The notes beneath the pieces are model-generated. The model saw only the letters and a program-made list of their open reading frames with translations, was not told where the DNA came from and ran no database searches. The position numbers were made by a program, and so were the translations under genes. A DNA stretch of 64,000 nucleotides from Auanema rhodensis (lineage: Eukaryota > Animalia > Nematoda). Of this stretch, positions 12,881 to 28,300 are shown piece by piece. How positions within the stretch are numbered: position 1 is the stretch's first letter; each line of letters opens with the position of its first letter. The stretch is from positions 18,042,001-18,106,000 of the forward strand of contig OZ059894.1 of assembly GCA_964057225.1 (NCBI GenBank), in the 5' to 3' direction.

Positions 12881-15800
12881 CATGCACCTATATCAATAAA
12901 AATTCGTTTTTAGACTAATATGGCCATGGGGAGTGTAATTTTAAAAACCGCATCTCTTTATCTTTTACGGGAAACGAGTTACATACCATGTGTAAATCAC
13001 GTGTACATTTAATTAGCATAAATTAAAGTTCACGTAAATTTCAAAGTCATGGTTACCATGCACCTATATCAATAAAAATTTGTTTTCAGTCTAATATGGA
13101 AATGGGGAATCTAATTTTGAAAACCCCATCTCTTTATCTTTTACGGGAAGCGAGTTACATACCATGTGTAAATCACGTGTACATTCAATTAGCATAAATT
13201 AAAGTTCACGTAAATTTCAAAGTCATGGTTACCATGCGCCTATATCAATAAAAATTTGTTTTTAGTCTAATATGGCCATGGGGAATCTAATTATGAAAAC
13301 CCCATCTCTTTATCGTTCACGGAAAGAGAGTTACATATCATGTGCACATCACGTGTACATTTAATTAGCATAAATTAAAGTTCACGTTAATTTCAAAGTC
13401 ATGGTTACCATGCACCTATATCAATAAAAATTTGTTTTTAGACTAATATTAACATGGGGAATCTAATTTTGAAAACCGCATCTCTTTATTTTTTACGGGA
13501 AGCGAGTTACATACCATGTGCACATCACGTGTACATTTAATTAGCATAAATTAAAGTTCACGTAAATTTCAAAGTCATGGTTACCATGCACCTATATCAA
13601 TAAAAATTCGTTTTTAGACTAATATGGCCATGGGGAGTGTAATTTTGAAAACCACATCTCTTTATCTTTTACGGGAAGCGAGTTACATATCATGTGCACA
13701 TCACGTGTACATTTAATTAGCATAAATTAAAGTTCACGTAAATTTCAAAGTCATGGTTACCATGCGCCTATATCAATAAAAATTCGTTTTTAGACTAATA
13801 TGGCCAAGGGGAATCTAATTTTGAAAACGGCATCTCTTTATCTTTTACGGGAAGCGAGTTACATACCATGTGCACATCACGTGTACATTTAATTAGCATA
13901 AATTGAAGTTCACGTAAATTTCAAAGTCATGGTTACCATGCACCAGTATCAATAGAAATTTGTTTTTGGACTAATATGGCCATGGGGAATCTAATTTTGA
14001 AAACCGCATCTCTTTATCTTTTACGGGAAGCGAGTTACATACCATGTGTACATCACGTGTACATTTAATTAGCATAAATTATAGTTCACGTAAATTTCAA
14101 AGTCATGGTTACCATGCACCTATATCAATAAAAATTTGTTTTCAGTCTAATATGGAAATGGGTAATCTAATTTTGAAAACCCCATCTCTTTATCTTTTAC
14201 GGGAAACGAGTTACATATCATGTGCCCATCACGTGTACATTTAATTAGCATAAATTAAAGTTCACGTAAATTTCAAAGTCATGGTTACCATGCACCAGTA
14301 TCAATAGAAATTTGTTTTTGGACTAATATGGCCATGGGGAATCTAATTTTGAAAACCGCATCTCTTTATCTTTTACGGGAAGCGAGTTACATACCATGTG
14401 TACATCACGTGTACATTTAATTAGCATAAATTAAAGTTCACGTAAATTTCAAAGTCATGGTTACCATGCGCCTATATCAATAAAAATTCGTTTTTAGACT
14501 AATATGGCCATGGGGAATCTAATTTTGAAAACGGCATCTCTTTCTCTTTTACGGGAAGCGAGTTACATACCATGTGCACATCACGTGTACATTTAATTAG
14601 CATAAATTAAAGTTCACGTAAATTTCAAAGTCATGGTTACCATGCACCTATATCAATAAAAATTCGTTTTTAGACTAATATGGCCATGGGGAGTGTAATT
14701 TTGAAAACCACATCTCTTTATCTTTTACGGGAAGCGAGTTACATATCATGTGCACATCACGTGTACATTTAATTAGCATAAATTAAAGTTCACGTAAATT
14801 TCAAAGTCATGGTTACCATGCACCAGTATCAATAGAAATTTGTTTTTGGACTAATATGGCCATGGGGAATCTAATTTTGAAAACCGCATCTCTTTATCTT
14901 TTACGGGAAGCGAGTTACATACCATGTGTACATCACGTGTACATTTAATTAGCATAAATTATAGTTCACGTAAATTTCAAAGTCATGGTTACCATGCACC
15001 TATATCAATAAAAATTTGTTTTCAGTCTAATATGGAAATGGGGAATCTAATTTTAAAAACCGCATCTCTTTATCTTTTACGGGAAACGAGTTACATACCA
15101 TGTGTAAATCACGTGTACATTTAATTAGCATAAATTAAAGTTCACGTAAATTTCAAAGTCATGGTTACCATGCACCTATATCAATAAAAATTTGTTTTCA
15201 GTCTAATATGGAAATGGGGAATCTAATTTTGAAAACCCCATCTCTTTATCTTTTACGGGAAACGAGTTACATATCATGTGCCCATCACGTGTACATTTAA
15301 TTAGCATAAATTAAAGTTCACGTAAATTTCAAAGTCATGGTTACCATGCACCAGTATCAATAGAAATTTGTTTTTGGACTAATATGGCCATGGGGAATCT
15401 AATTTTGCAAACCGCATCTCTTTATCTTTTACGGGAAGCGAGTTACATACCATGTGTACATCACGTGTACATTTAATTAGCATAAATTAAAGTTCACGTA
15501 AATTTCAAAGTCATGGTTACCATGCACCTATATCAATGAAAATTTGTTTTTGGACTAATATGGCCATGGGGAATCTAATTTTGAAAACCGCATCTCTTTA
15601 TCTTTTACGGGAAGCGAGTTACATACCATGTGTACATCACGTGTACATTTAATTAGCATAAATTAAAGTTCACGTAAATTTCAAAGTCATGGTTACCATG
15701 CGCCTATATCAATAAAAATTCGTTTTTAGACTAATATGGCCATGGGGAATCTAATTTTGAAAACGGCATCTCTTTATCTTTTACGGGAAGCGAGTTACAT

Positions 15801-18800
15801 ACCATGTGCACATCACGTGTACATTTAAATAGCATAAATTAAAGTTCACGTAAATTTCAAAGTCATGGTTACCATGCACCTATATCAATGAAAATTTGTT
15901 TTTGGACTAATATGGCCATGGGGAGTGTAATTTTGAAAACTACATCTCTTTATCTTTTACGGGAAGCGAGTTACATACCATGTGTACATCACGTGTACAT
16001 TTAATTAGCATAAATTAAAGTTCACGTAAATTTCAAAGTCATGGTTACCATGCGCCTATATCAATAAAAATTCGTTTTTAGACTAATATGGCCATGGGGA
16101 ATCTAATTTTGAAAACGGCATCTCTTTATCTTTTACGGGAAGCGAGTTACATACCATGTGCACATCACGTGTACATTTAATTAGCATAAATTAAAGTTCA
16201 CGTAAATTTCAAAGTCATGGTTACCATGCACCTATATCAATGAAAATTTGTTTTTGGACTAATATGGCCATGGGGAGTGTAATTTTGAAAACCACATCTC
16301 TTTATCTTTTACGGGAAGCGAGTTACATACCATGTGCACATCACGTGTACATTTAATTCGCATAAATTAAAGTTCACGTAAATTTCAAAGTCATGGTTAC
16401 CATGCACCAGTATCAATAAAAATTCGTTTTTAGACTAATATGGCCATGGGGAATCTAATTATGAAAACCGCATCTCTTTATCTTTCACGGAAAGAGAGTT
16501 ACATATCATGTGCACATCACGTGTACATTTAATTAGTATAAATTAAAGTTCACGTAAATTTCAAAGTCATGGTTACCATGCACCAGTATCAATAGAAATT
16601 TGTTTTTGGACTAATATGGCCATGGGGAATCTAATTTTGAAAACCGCATCTCTTTATCTTTTACGGGAAGCGAGTTACATACCATGTGTACATCACATGT
16701 ACATTCAATTAGCATAAATTATAGTTCACGTAAATTTCAAAGTCATGGTTACCATGCACCTATATCAATAAAAATTTGTTTTCAGTCTAATATGGAAATG
16801 GGGAATCTAATTTTGAAAACCGCATATCTTTATCTTTTACGGGAAACGAGTTACATACCATGAATTAGCATAAATTAAAGTTCACGTAAATTTCAAAGTC
16901 ATGGTTACCATGCACCTATATCAATAAAAATTTGTTTTCAGTCTAATATGGAAATGGGGAATCTAATTTTAAAAACCGCATCTCTTTATCTTTTACGGGA
17001 AGCGAGTTACATACCATGTGTACATCACGTGTACATTTAATTAGCATAAATTAAAGTTCACGTAAATTGCAAAGTCATGGTTACCATGCACCTATATCAA
17101 TAAAAATTTGTTTTCAGTCTAATATGGAAATGGGGAATCTAATTTTGAAAACCCCATCTTTTTTTCTTTTACGGGAAACGAGTTACATATCATGTGCCCA
17201 TCACGTGTACATTTATTAGCATAAATTAAAGTTCACGTAAATTTCAAAGTCATGGTTACCATGCACCAGTATCAATAGAAATTTGTTTTTGGACTAATAT
17301 GGCCATGGGGAATCTAATTTTGAAAACCGCATCTCTTTATCTTTTACGGGAAGCGAGTTACATACCATGTGCACATCACGTGTACATTTAATTAGCATAA
17401 ATTAAAGTTCACGTAAATTTCAAAGTCATGGTTACCATGCGCCTATATCAATAAAAATTCGTTTTTAGACTAATATGGCCATGGGGAATCTAATTTTGAA
17501 AACCGCATCTCTTTATCTTTTACGGGAAGCGAGTTACATACCATGTGCACATCACGTGTACATTTAATTCGCATAAATTAAAGTTCACGTAAATTTCAAA
17601 GTCATGGTTACCATGCACCTATATCAATGAAAATTTGGTTTTGGACTAATATGGCCATGGGGAGTGTAATTTTGAAAACCACATCTCTTTATCTTTTACG
17701 GGAAGCGAGTTATATACCAAGTGCACATCACGTGTCCATTTAATTAGCATAAATTAAAGTTCACGTAAATTTCAAAGTCATCGTTACCATGCACCTATAT
17801 CAATAAAAATTTGTTTTTGGACTAATATGGCCATGGGGAATCTAACTTTGAAAACCGCATCTCTTTATCTTTTACGGGAAGCGAGTTACATACCATGTGT
17901 ACATCACGTGTACATTTAATTAGCATAAATTAAAGTTCACGTAAATTTCAAAGTCATGGTTACCATGCGCCTATATCAATAAAAATTCGTTTTTAGACTA
18001 ATATGACCATGGGGAATCTAATTTTGAAAACGGCATCTCTTTATCTTTTACGGGAAGCGAGTTACATACCATGTGCACATCACTTTTACATTTAATTAGC
18101 ATAAATTAAAGTTCACGTAAATTTCAAAGTCATGGTTACCATGCACCAGTATCAATAGAAATTTGTTTTTGGACTAATATGGCCATGGGGAATCTAATTT
18201 TGAAAACCGCATCTCTTTATCTTTTACGGGAAGCGAGTTACATACCATGTGTACATCACGTGTACATTTAATTAGCATAAATTATAGTTCACGTAAATTT
18301 CAAAGTCATGGTTACCATGAACCTATATCAATAAAAATTTGTTTTCAGTCTAATATGGAAATGGGGAATCTAATTTTGAAAACCGCATCTCTTTATCTTT
18401 TACGGGAAACGAGTTACATACCATGTGTACGTCACGTGTACATTTAATTAGCATAAATTAAAGTTCACGTAAATTTCAAAGTCATGGTTACCATGCACAA
18501 GTATCAATGAAAATTTGTTTTTGGACTAATATGGCCATAGGGAATTTAATTTTGAAAACGGCATCTCTTCTTCTTTGAGTTACATACCATGTGTACATCA
18601 CGTGTACATTTAATTCGCATAAATTAAAGTTCACGTAAATTTCAAAGACATGGTTACCATGAACCAATATCAATAAAAATTTGTTTTTCGACTAATATGG
18701 ACATGGGGAATCTAATTTTGAAAACCGCATCTCTTTATCTTTCACGTGAAGCGAGTTACATATCATGTGCACATCACGTGTACATTTAATTAGCATAAAT

Positions 18801-20499
18801 TAAAGTTCACGTAAATTTCAAAGTCATGGTTACCATGCACCTATATCAATGAAAATTTGGTTTTGGACTAATATGGCCATGGGGAGTGTAATTTTGAAAA
18901 GCGCATCTCTTTATCTTTCACGTGAAGCGAGTTATATACCAAGTGCACATCACGTGTCCATTTAATTAGCATAAATCAAAGTTCACGTAAATTTTAAAGT
19001 CATGGTTACCATGCACCAATATCCATAAAAATTTGTTTTTAGACTAATATGGACATGGGGAATCTAATTTTGAAAACCACATCTCTTTATCTTTTACGGG
19101 AAGCGAGTTACATACCATGTGCACATCACGTGTACATTTAATTCGCATAAATTAAAGTTCACGTAAATTTTAAAGTCATGGTTACCATGCACCAATATCC
19201 ATAAAAATTTGTTTTTAGACTAATATGGACATGGGGAATCTAATTTTGAAAACCACATCTCTTTATCTTTTACGGGAAGCGAGTTACATACCATGTGCAC
19301 ATCACGTGTACATTTAATTCGCATAAATTAAAGTTCATGTAAATTTTAAAGTCATGGTTACCATGCACCAATATCCATAAAAATTTGTTTTTAGACTAAT
19401 ATGGACATAGGGAATCTAATTTTGAAAACCACATCTCTTTATCTTTCACGTGAAGCGAGTTATATACCAAGTGCACATCACGTGTCCATTTAATTAGCAT
19501 AAATTAAAGTTCACGTAAATTTCAAAGTCATGGTTACCATGCGCCTATATCAATAAAAATTTGTTTTTGGACTATTATGACCATGGGGAATCTAATTTTA
19601 AAAACGGCATCTCTTTATCTTTTACGGGAAGCGAGTTACATACCATGTGCACATCACGTGTACATTTAATTCGCATAAATTAAAGTTCACGTAAATTTTA
19701 AAGTCATGGTTACCATGCACCAATATCCATAAAAATTTGTTTTTAGACTAATATGGACATGGGGAATCTAATTGTGAAAACCACATCTCTTTATCTTTCA
19801 CGTGAAGCGAGTTATATACCAAGTGCACATCACGTGTCCATTTAATTAGCATAAATTAAAGTTCACGTAAATTTCAAAGTCATGGTTACCATGCGCCTAT
19901 ATCAATAAAAATTCGTTTTTAGACTAATATGGCCAAGGGGAATCTAATTTTGAAAACGGCATCTCTTTATCTTTTACGGGAAGCGAGTTACATACCATGT
20001 GCACATCACGTGTACATTTAATTAGCATAAATTGAAGTTCACGTAAATTTCAAAGTCATGGTTACCATGCACCTATATCAATGAAAATTTGTTTTTGGAC
20101 TAATATGGCCATGGGGAGTGTAATTTTGAAAACCACATCTCTTTATCTTTTACGGGAAGCGAGTTACATACCATGTGCACATCACGTGTACATTTAATTC
20201 GCATAAATTAAAGTTCACGTAAATTTCAAAGTCATGGTTAACCATGCACCTATATCAATAAAAATTCGTTTTTAGACTAATATGGCCATGGGGAATCTAA
20301 TTATGAAAACCGCATCTCTTTATCTTTTACGGGAAGCGAGTTACATACCATGTGCACATCACGTGTACATTTAATTCGCATAAATTAAAGTTCACGTAAA
20401 TTTCAAAGTCATGGTTAACCATGCACCTATATCAATAAAAATTCGTTTTTAGACTAATATGGCCATGGGGAATCTAATTATGAAAACCGCATCTCTTTA

Positions 20500-23400
20500 T
20501 CTTTCACGGAAAGAGAGTTACATATCATGTGCACATCACGTGTACATTTAATTAGTATAAATTAAAGTTCACGTAAATTTCAAAGTCATGGTTACCATGC
20601 ACCAGTATCAATAGAAATTTGTTTTTGGACTAATATGGCCATGGGGAATCTAATTTTGAAAACCGCATCTCTTTATCTTTTACGGGAAGCGAGTTACATA
20701 CCATGTGTACATCACGTGTACATTCAATTAGCATAAATTATAGTTCACGTAAATTTCAAAGTCATGGTTACCATGCACCTATATCAATAAAAATTTGTTT
20801 TCAGTCTAATATGGAAATGGGGAATCTAATTTTGAAAACCGCATCTCTTTATCTTTTACGGGAAACGAGTTACATACCATGAATTAGCATAAATTAAAGT
20901 TCACGTAAATTTCAAAGTCATGGTTACCATGCACCTATATCAATAAAAATTTGTTTTCAGTCTAATATGGAAATGGGGAATCTATTTTTAAAAACCGCAT
21001 CTCTTTATCTTTTACGGGAAGCGAGTTACATACCATGTGTACATCACGTGTACATTTAATTAGCATAAATTAAAGTTCACGTAAATTGCAAAGTCATGGT
21101 TACCATGCACCAGTATCAATAGAAATTAGTTTTTGGACTAATATGGCCATGGGGAATCTAATTTTGAAAACCGCATCTCTTTATTTTTTACGGGAAGCGA
21201 GTTACATACCATGTGTACATCACGTGTACATTTAATTAGCATAAATTAAAGTTCACGTAAATTTCAAAGTCATGGTTACCATGCGCCTATATCAATAAAA
21301 ATTCGGTTTTAGACTAATATGGCCATGGGGAATCTAATTTTGAAAACCGCATCTCTTTATCTTTTACGGGAAGCGAGTTACATACCATGTGTACATCACG
21401 TGTACATTCAATTAGCATAAATTATAGTTCACGTAAATTTCAAAGTCATGGTTACCATGCACCTATATCAATAAAAATTTGTTTTCAGTCTAATATGGAA
21501 ATGGGGAATCTAATTTTGAAAACCGCATCTCTTTATCTTTTACGGGAAACGAGTTACATACCATGAATTAGCATAAATTAAAGTTCACGTAAATTTCAAA
21601 GTCATGGTTACCATGCACCTATATCAATAAAAATTTGTTTTCAGTCTAATATGGAAATGGGGAATCTATTTTTAAAAACCGCATCTCTTTATCTTTTACG
21701 GGAAGCGAGTTACATACCATGTGTACATCACGTGTACATTTAATTAGCATAAATTAAAGTTCACGTAAATTTCAAAGTCATGGTTACCATGCACCTATAT
21801 CAATGAAAATTTGTTTTTGGACTAATATAGCCATGGGGAATCTAATTTTGAAAGCCGCATCTCTTTATCTTTTACGGGAAGCGAGTTACATACCATGTGC
21901 ACATCACGTGTACATTTAATTAGCATAAATTGAAGTTCACGTAAATTTCAAAGTCATGGTTACCATGCACCTATATCAATGAAAATTTGTTTTTGGACTA
22001 ATATGGCCATGGGGAGTGTAATTTTGAAAACCACATCTCTTTATCTTTTACGGGAAGCGAGTTACATACCATGTGCACATCACGTGTACATTTAATTCGC
22101 ATAAATTAAAGTTCACGTAAATTTCAAAGTCATGGTTACCATGCACCTATATCAATGAAAATTCGTTTTTGGACTAATATGGCCATGGGGAGTGTAATTT
22201 TGAAAACCACATCTCTTTATCTTTTACGGGAAGCGAGTTACATACCATGTGCACATCACGTGTACATTTAATTCGCATAAATTAAAGTTCACGTAAATTT
22301 CAAAGTCATGGTTAACCATGCACCTATATCAATAAAAATTCGTTTTTAGACTAATATGGCCATGGGGAATCTAATTATGAAAACCGCATCTCTTTATCTT
22401 TCACGGAAAGAGAGTTACATATCATGTGCACATCACGTGTACATTTAATTAGTATAAATTAAAGTTCACGTAAATTTCAAAGTCATGGTTACCATGCACC
22501 AGTATCAATAGAAATTTGTTTTTGGACTAATATGGCCATGGGGAATCTAATTTTGAAAACCGCATCTCTTTATCTTTTACGGGAAGCGAGTTACATACCA
22601 TGTGTACATCACGTGTACATTCAATTAGCATAAATTATAGTTCACGTAAATTTCAAAGTCATGGTTACCATGCACCTATATCAATAAAAATTTGTTTTCA
22701 GTCTAATATGGAAATGGGGAATCTAATTTTGAAAACCGCATCTCTTTATCTTTTACGGGAAACGAGTTACATACCATGAATTAGCATAAATTAAAGTTCA
22801 CGTAAATTTCAAAGTCATGGTTACCATGCACCTATATCAATAAAAATTTGTTTTCAGTCTAATATGGAAATGGGGAATCTATTTTTAAAAACCGCATCTC
22901 TTTATCTTTTACGGGAAGCGAGTTACATACCATGTGTACATCACGTGTACATTTAATTAGCATAAATTAAAGTTCACGTAAATTGCAAAGTCATGGTTAC
23001 CATGCACCAGTATCAATAGAAATTAGTTTTTGGACTAATATGGCCATGGGGAATCTAATTTTGAAAACCGCATCTCTTTATTTTTTACGGGAAGCGAGTT
23101 ACATACCATGTGTACATCACGTGTACATTTAATTAGCATAAATTAAAGTTCACGTAAATTTCAAAGTCATGGTTACCATGCGCCTATATCAATAAAAATT
23201 CGTTTTTAGACTAATATGGCCATGGGGAATCTAATTTTGAAAACCGCATCTCTTTATCTTTTACGGGAAGCGAGTTACATACCATGTGTACATCACGTGT
23301 ACATTCAATTAGCATAAATTATAGTTCACGTAAATTTCAAAGTCATGGTTACCATGCACCTATATCAATGAAAATTTGTTTTTGGACTAATATAGCCATG

Positions 23401-24300
23401 GGGAATCTAATTTTGAAAACCGCATCTCTTTATCTTTTACGGGAAGCGAGTTACATATCATGTGCACATCACGTTTACATTTAATTAGCATAAATTAAAG
23501 TTCACGTAAATTTCAAAGTCATGGTTACCATGCGCCTATATCAATAAAAATTCGTTTTTAGACTAATATGGCCATGGGGAATCTAATTTTGAAAACCGCA
23601 TCTCTTTATCTTTTACGGGAAGCGAGTTACATACCATGTGTACATCACGTGTACATTCAATTAGCATAAATTATAGTTCACGTAAATTTCAAAGTCATGG
23701 TTACCATGCACCTATATCAATAAAAATTTGTTTTCAGTCTAATATGGAAATGGGGAATCTAATTTTGAAAACCGCATCTCTTTATCTTTTACGGGAAACG
23801 AGTTACATACCATGAATTAGCATAAATTAAAGTTCACGTAAATTTCAAAGTCATGGTTACCATGCACCTATATCAATAAAAATTTGTTTTCAGTCTAATA
23901 TGGAAATGGGGAATCTATTTTTAAAAACCGCATCTCTTTATCTTTTACGGAAAGCGAGTTACATACCATGTGTACATCACGTGTACATTTAATTAGCATA
24001 AATTAAAGTTCACGTAAATTGCAAAGTCATGGTTACCATGCACCTATATCAATAAAAATTTGTTTTCAGTCTAATATGGAAATGGGGAATCTAATTTTGA
24101 AAACCCCATCTTTTTTTCTTTTACGGGAAACGAGTTACATATCATGTGCCCATCACGTGTACATTTAATTAGCATAAATTAAAGTTCACGTAAATTTCAA
24201 AGTCATGGTTACCATGCACCAGTATCAATAGAAATTTGTTTTTGGACTAATATGGCCATGGGGAATCTAATTTTGAAAACCGCATCTCTTTATCTTTTAC
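20500..24300 (+). repeat. Variable-length HOR zone marked by the 156-bp (20-bp deletion) monomer
   Basis: TACCATG^AATTAGC junctions at 20881, 21565, 22778 and 23814. Spacings are 684, 1213 and 1036 bp (4, 7 and 6 units). Confidence 0.85.
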
Positions 24301-25379
24301 GGGAAGCGAGTTACATACCATGTGTACATCACGTGTACATTTAATTAGCATAAATTAAAGTTCACGTAAATTTCAAAGTCATGGTTACCATGCACCTATA
24401 TCAATGAAAATTTGTTTTTGGACTAATATAGCCATGGGGAATCTAATTTTGAAAACCGCATCTCTTTATCTTTTACGAGAAGCGAGTTACATACCATGTG
24501 TAAATCACGTGTACATTTAATTAGCATAGATTAAAGTTCACGTAAATTTCAAAGTCATGGTTACCATGCACCTATATCAATGAAAATTTGGTTTTGGACT
24601 AATATGGCCATGGGGAGTGTAATTTTGAAAACCACATCTCTTTATCTTTTACGGGAAGCGAGTTACATACCATGTGCACATCACGTGTACATTTAATTCG
24701 CATAAATTAAAGTTCACGTAAATTTCAAAGTCATGGTTACCATGCACCTATATCAATAAAAATTCGTTTTTAGACTAATATGGCCATGGGGAATCTAATT
24801 TTGAAAACCGCATCTCTTTATCTTTTACGAGAAGCGAGTTACATACCTTGTGCACATCACGTGTACATTTAATTCGCATAAATTAAAGTTCACGTAAACT
24901 TCAAAGTCATGGTTACCATGCACCTATATCAATGAAAATTTGTTTTTGGACTAATATAGCCATGGGGAATCTAATTTTGAAAACCGCATCTCTTTATCTT
25001 TTACGAGAAGCGAGTTACATACCATGTGTAAATCACGTGTACATTTAATTAGCATAGATTAAAGTTCACGTAAATTTCAAAGTCATGGTTACCATGCACC
25101 TATATCAATGAAAATTTGGTTTTGGACTAATATGGCCATGGGGAGTGTAATTTTGAAAACCACATCTCTTTATCTTTTACGGGAAGCGAGTTACATACCA
25201 TGTGCACATCACGTGTACATTTAATTCGCATAAATTAAAGTTCACGTAAATTTCAAAGTCATGGTTACCATGCACCTATATCAATAAAAATTCGTTTTTA
25301 GACTAATATGGCCATGGGGAATCTAATTTTGAAAACCGCATCTCTTTATCTTTTACGGGAAGCGAGTTACATACCATGT

Positions 25380-28300
25380 GTAAATCACGTGTACATTTAA
25401 TTAGCATAGATTAAAGTTCACGTAAATTTCAAAGTCATGGTTACCATGCACCTATATCAATGAAAATTTGGTTTTGGACTAATATGGCCATGGGGAATCT
25501 AATTTTGAAAACCGCATCTCTTTATCTTTTACGGGAAGCGAGTTACATACCTTGTGCACATCACGTGTACATTTAATTCGCATAAATTAAAGTTCACGTA
25601 AACTTCAAAGTCATGGTTACCATGCACCTATATCAATAAAAATTCGTTTTTAGACTAATATGGCCATGGGGAATCTAATTTTGAAAACCGCATCTCTTTA
25701 TCTTTTACGGGAAGCGAGTTACATACCATGTGTAAATCACGTGTACATTTAATTAGCATAGATTAAAGTTCACGTAAATTTCAAAGTCATGGTTACCATG
25801 CACCTATATCAATGAAAATTTGGTTTTGGACTAATATGGCCATGGGGAATCTAATTTTGAAAACCGCATCTCTTTATCTTTTACGGGAAGCGAGTTACAT
25901 ACCTTGTGCACATCACGTGTACATTTAATTCGCATAAATTAAAGTTCACGTAAACTTCAAAGTCATGGTTACCATGCACCTATATCAATAAAACTTCGTT
26001 TTTAGACTAATATGGCCATGGGGAATCTAATTTTGAAAAGCGCATCTCTTTATCTTTCACGTGAAGCGAGTTATATACCAAGTGCACATCACGTGTCCAT
26101 TTAATTAGCATAAATTAAAGTTCACGTAAATTTCAAAGTCATCTTTACCATGCACCTATATCAATGAAAATTTGTTTTTGGACTAATATGACCATGGGGA
26201 ATCTAATTTTAAAAACGGCATCTCTTTATCTTTTACGGGAAGCGAGTTACATACCATGTGCACATCACGTGTACATTTAATTAGCATAAATTAAAGTTCA
26301 CGTAAATTTCAAAGTCATGGTTACCATGCACCTATAACAATGAAAATTTGTTTTTGGACTAATATGGCCATGGGGAGTGTAATTTTGAAAACGGCATCTC
26401 TTCATCTTTGAGTTACATACCATGTGCACATCACGTGTACATTTAATTAGCATAAATTAAAGTTCACGTAAATTTCAAAGTCATGGTTACCATGCGCCTA
26501 TATCAATAAAAATTCGTTTTTAGAATAATATGGCCATGGGGAATCTAATTTTGAAAACGGCATCTCTTTATCTTTTACGGGAAGCGAGTTACATACCATG
26601 TGCACATCACTTTTACATTTAATTAGCATAAATTAAAGTTCACGTAAATTTCAAAGTCATGGTTACCATGCACCAGTATCAATAGAAATTTGTTTTTGGA
26701 CTAATATGGCCATGGGGAATCTAATTTTGAAAACCGCATCTCTTTATCTTTTACGGGAAGCGAGTTACATACCATGTGTACATCACGTGTACATTTGATT
26801 AGCATAAATTATAGTTCACGTAAATTTCAAAGTCATGGTTACCACGCACCTATATCAATAAAAATTTGTTTTCAGTCTAATATGGAAATGGGGAATCTAA
26901 TTTTGAAAACCGCATCTCTTTATCTTTTACGGGAAACGAGTTACATACCATGTGCACATCACGTGTACATTTAATTAGCATAAATTAAAGTTCACGTAAA
27001 TTTCAAAGTCATGGTTACCATGCACCTATATCAATAAAAATTTGTTTTCAGTCTAATATGGAAATGGGGAATCTAATTTTTAAAACCGCATCTCTTTATC
27101 TTTTACGGGAAGCGAGTTACATACCATGTGTACATCACGTGTACATTTAATTAGCATAAATTAAAGTTCACGTAAATTTCAAAGTCATGGTTACCATGCA
27201 CTTATATCAATAAAAATTCGTTTTTAGACTAATATGGCCATGGGGAATCTAATTTTGAAAAGCGCATCTCTTTATCTTTCACGTGAAGCGAGTTATATAC
27301 CAAGTGCACATCACGTGTCCATTTAATTAGCATAAATTAAAGTTCACGTAAATTTCAAAGTCATCGTTACCATGCACCTATATAAATGAAAATTTGTTTT
27401 TGGACTAATATGGCCATGGGGAATCTAATTTTGAAAACCGCATCTCTTTATCTTTTACGGGAAGCGAGTTACATACCATGTGCACATCACGTGTACATTT
27501 AATTAGCATAAATTAAAGTTCACGTAAATTTCAAAGTCATGGTTACCATGCGCCTATATCAATAAAAATTCGTTTTTAGAATAATATGGCCATGGGGAAT
27601 CTAATTTTGAAAACGGCATCTCTTTATCTTTTACGGGAAGCGAGTTACATACCATGTGCACATCACGTGTCCATTTAATTAGCATAAATTAAAGTTCACG
27701 TAAATTTCAAAGTCATGGTTACCATGCACCAGTATCAATAGAAATTTGTTTTTGGACTAATATGGCCATGGGGAATCTAATTTTGAAAACCGCATCTCTT
27801 TATCTTTTACGGGAAGCGAGTTACATACCATGTGTACATCACGTGTACATTTAATTAGCATAAATTATAGTTCACGTAAATTTCAAAGTCATGGTTACCA
27901 TGCACCTATATCAATAAAAATTTGTTTTCAGTCTAATATGGAAATGGGGAATCTAATTTTGAAAACCGCATCTCTTTATCTTTTACGGGAAGCGAGTTAC
28001 ATACCATGTGTAAATCACGTGTACATTTAATTAGCATAAATTAAAGTTCACGTAAATTTCAAAGTCATGGTTACCATGCACCTATATCAATGAAAATTTG
28101 GTTTTGGACTAATATGGCCATGGGGAATCTAATTTTGAAAACCGCATCTCTTTATCTTTTACGGGAAGCGAGTTACATACCTTGTGCACATCACGTGTAC
28201 ATTTAATTCGCATAAATTAAAGTTCACGTAAACTTCAAAGTCATGGTTACCATGCACCTATATCAATAAAAATTCGTTTTTAGACTAATATGGCCATGGG

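Noticed and set aside
18488-18673. 61-aa minus-strand ORF
   Set aside because: Chance open frame across a divergent monomer with the 10-bp deletion. It is entirely satellite sequence.
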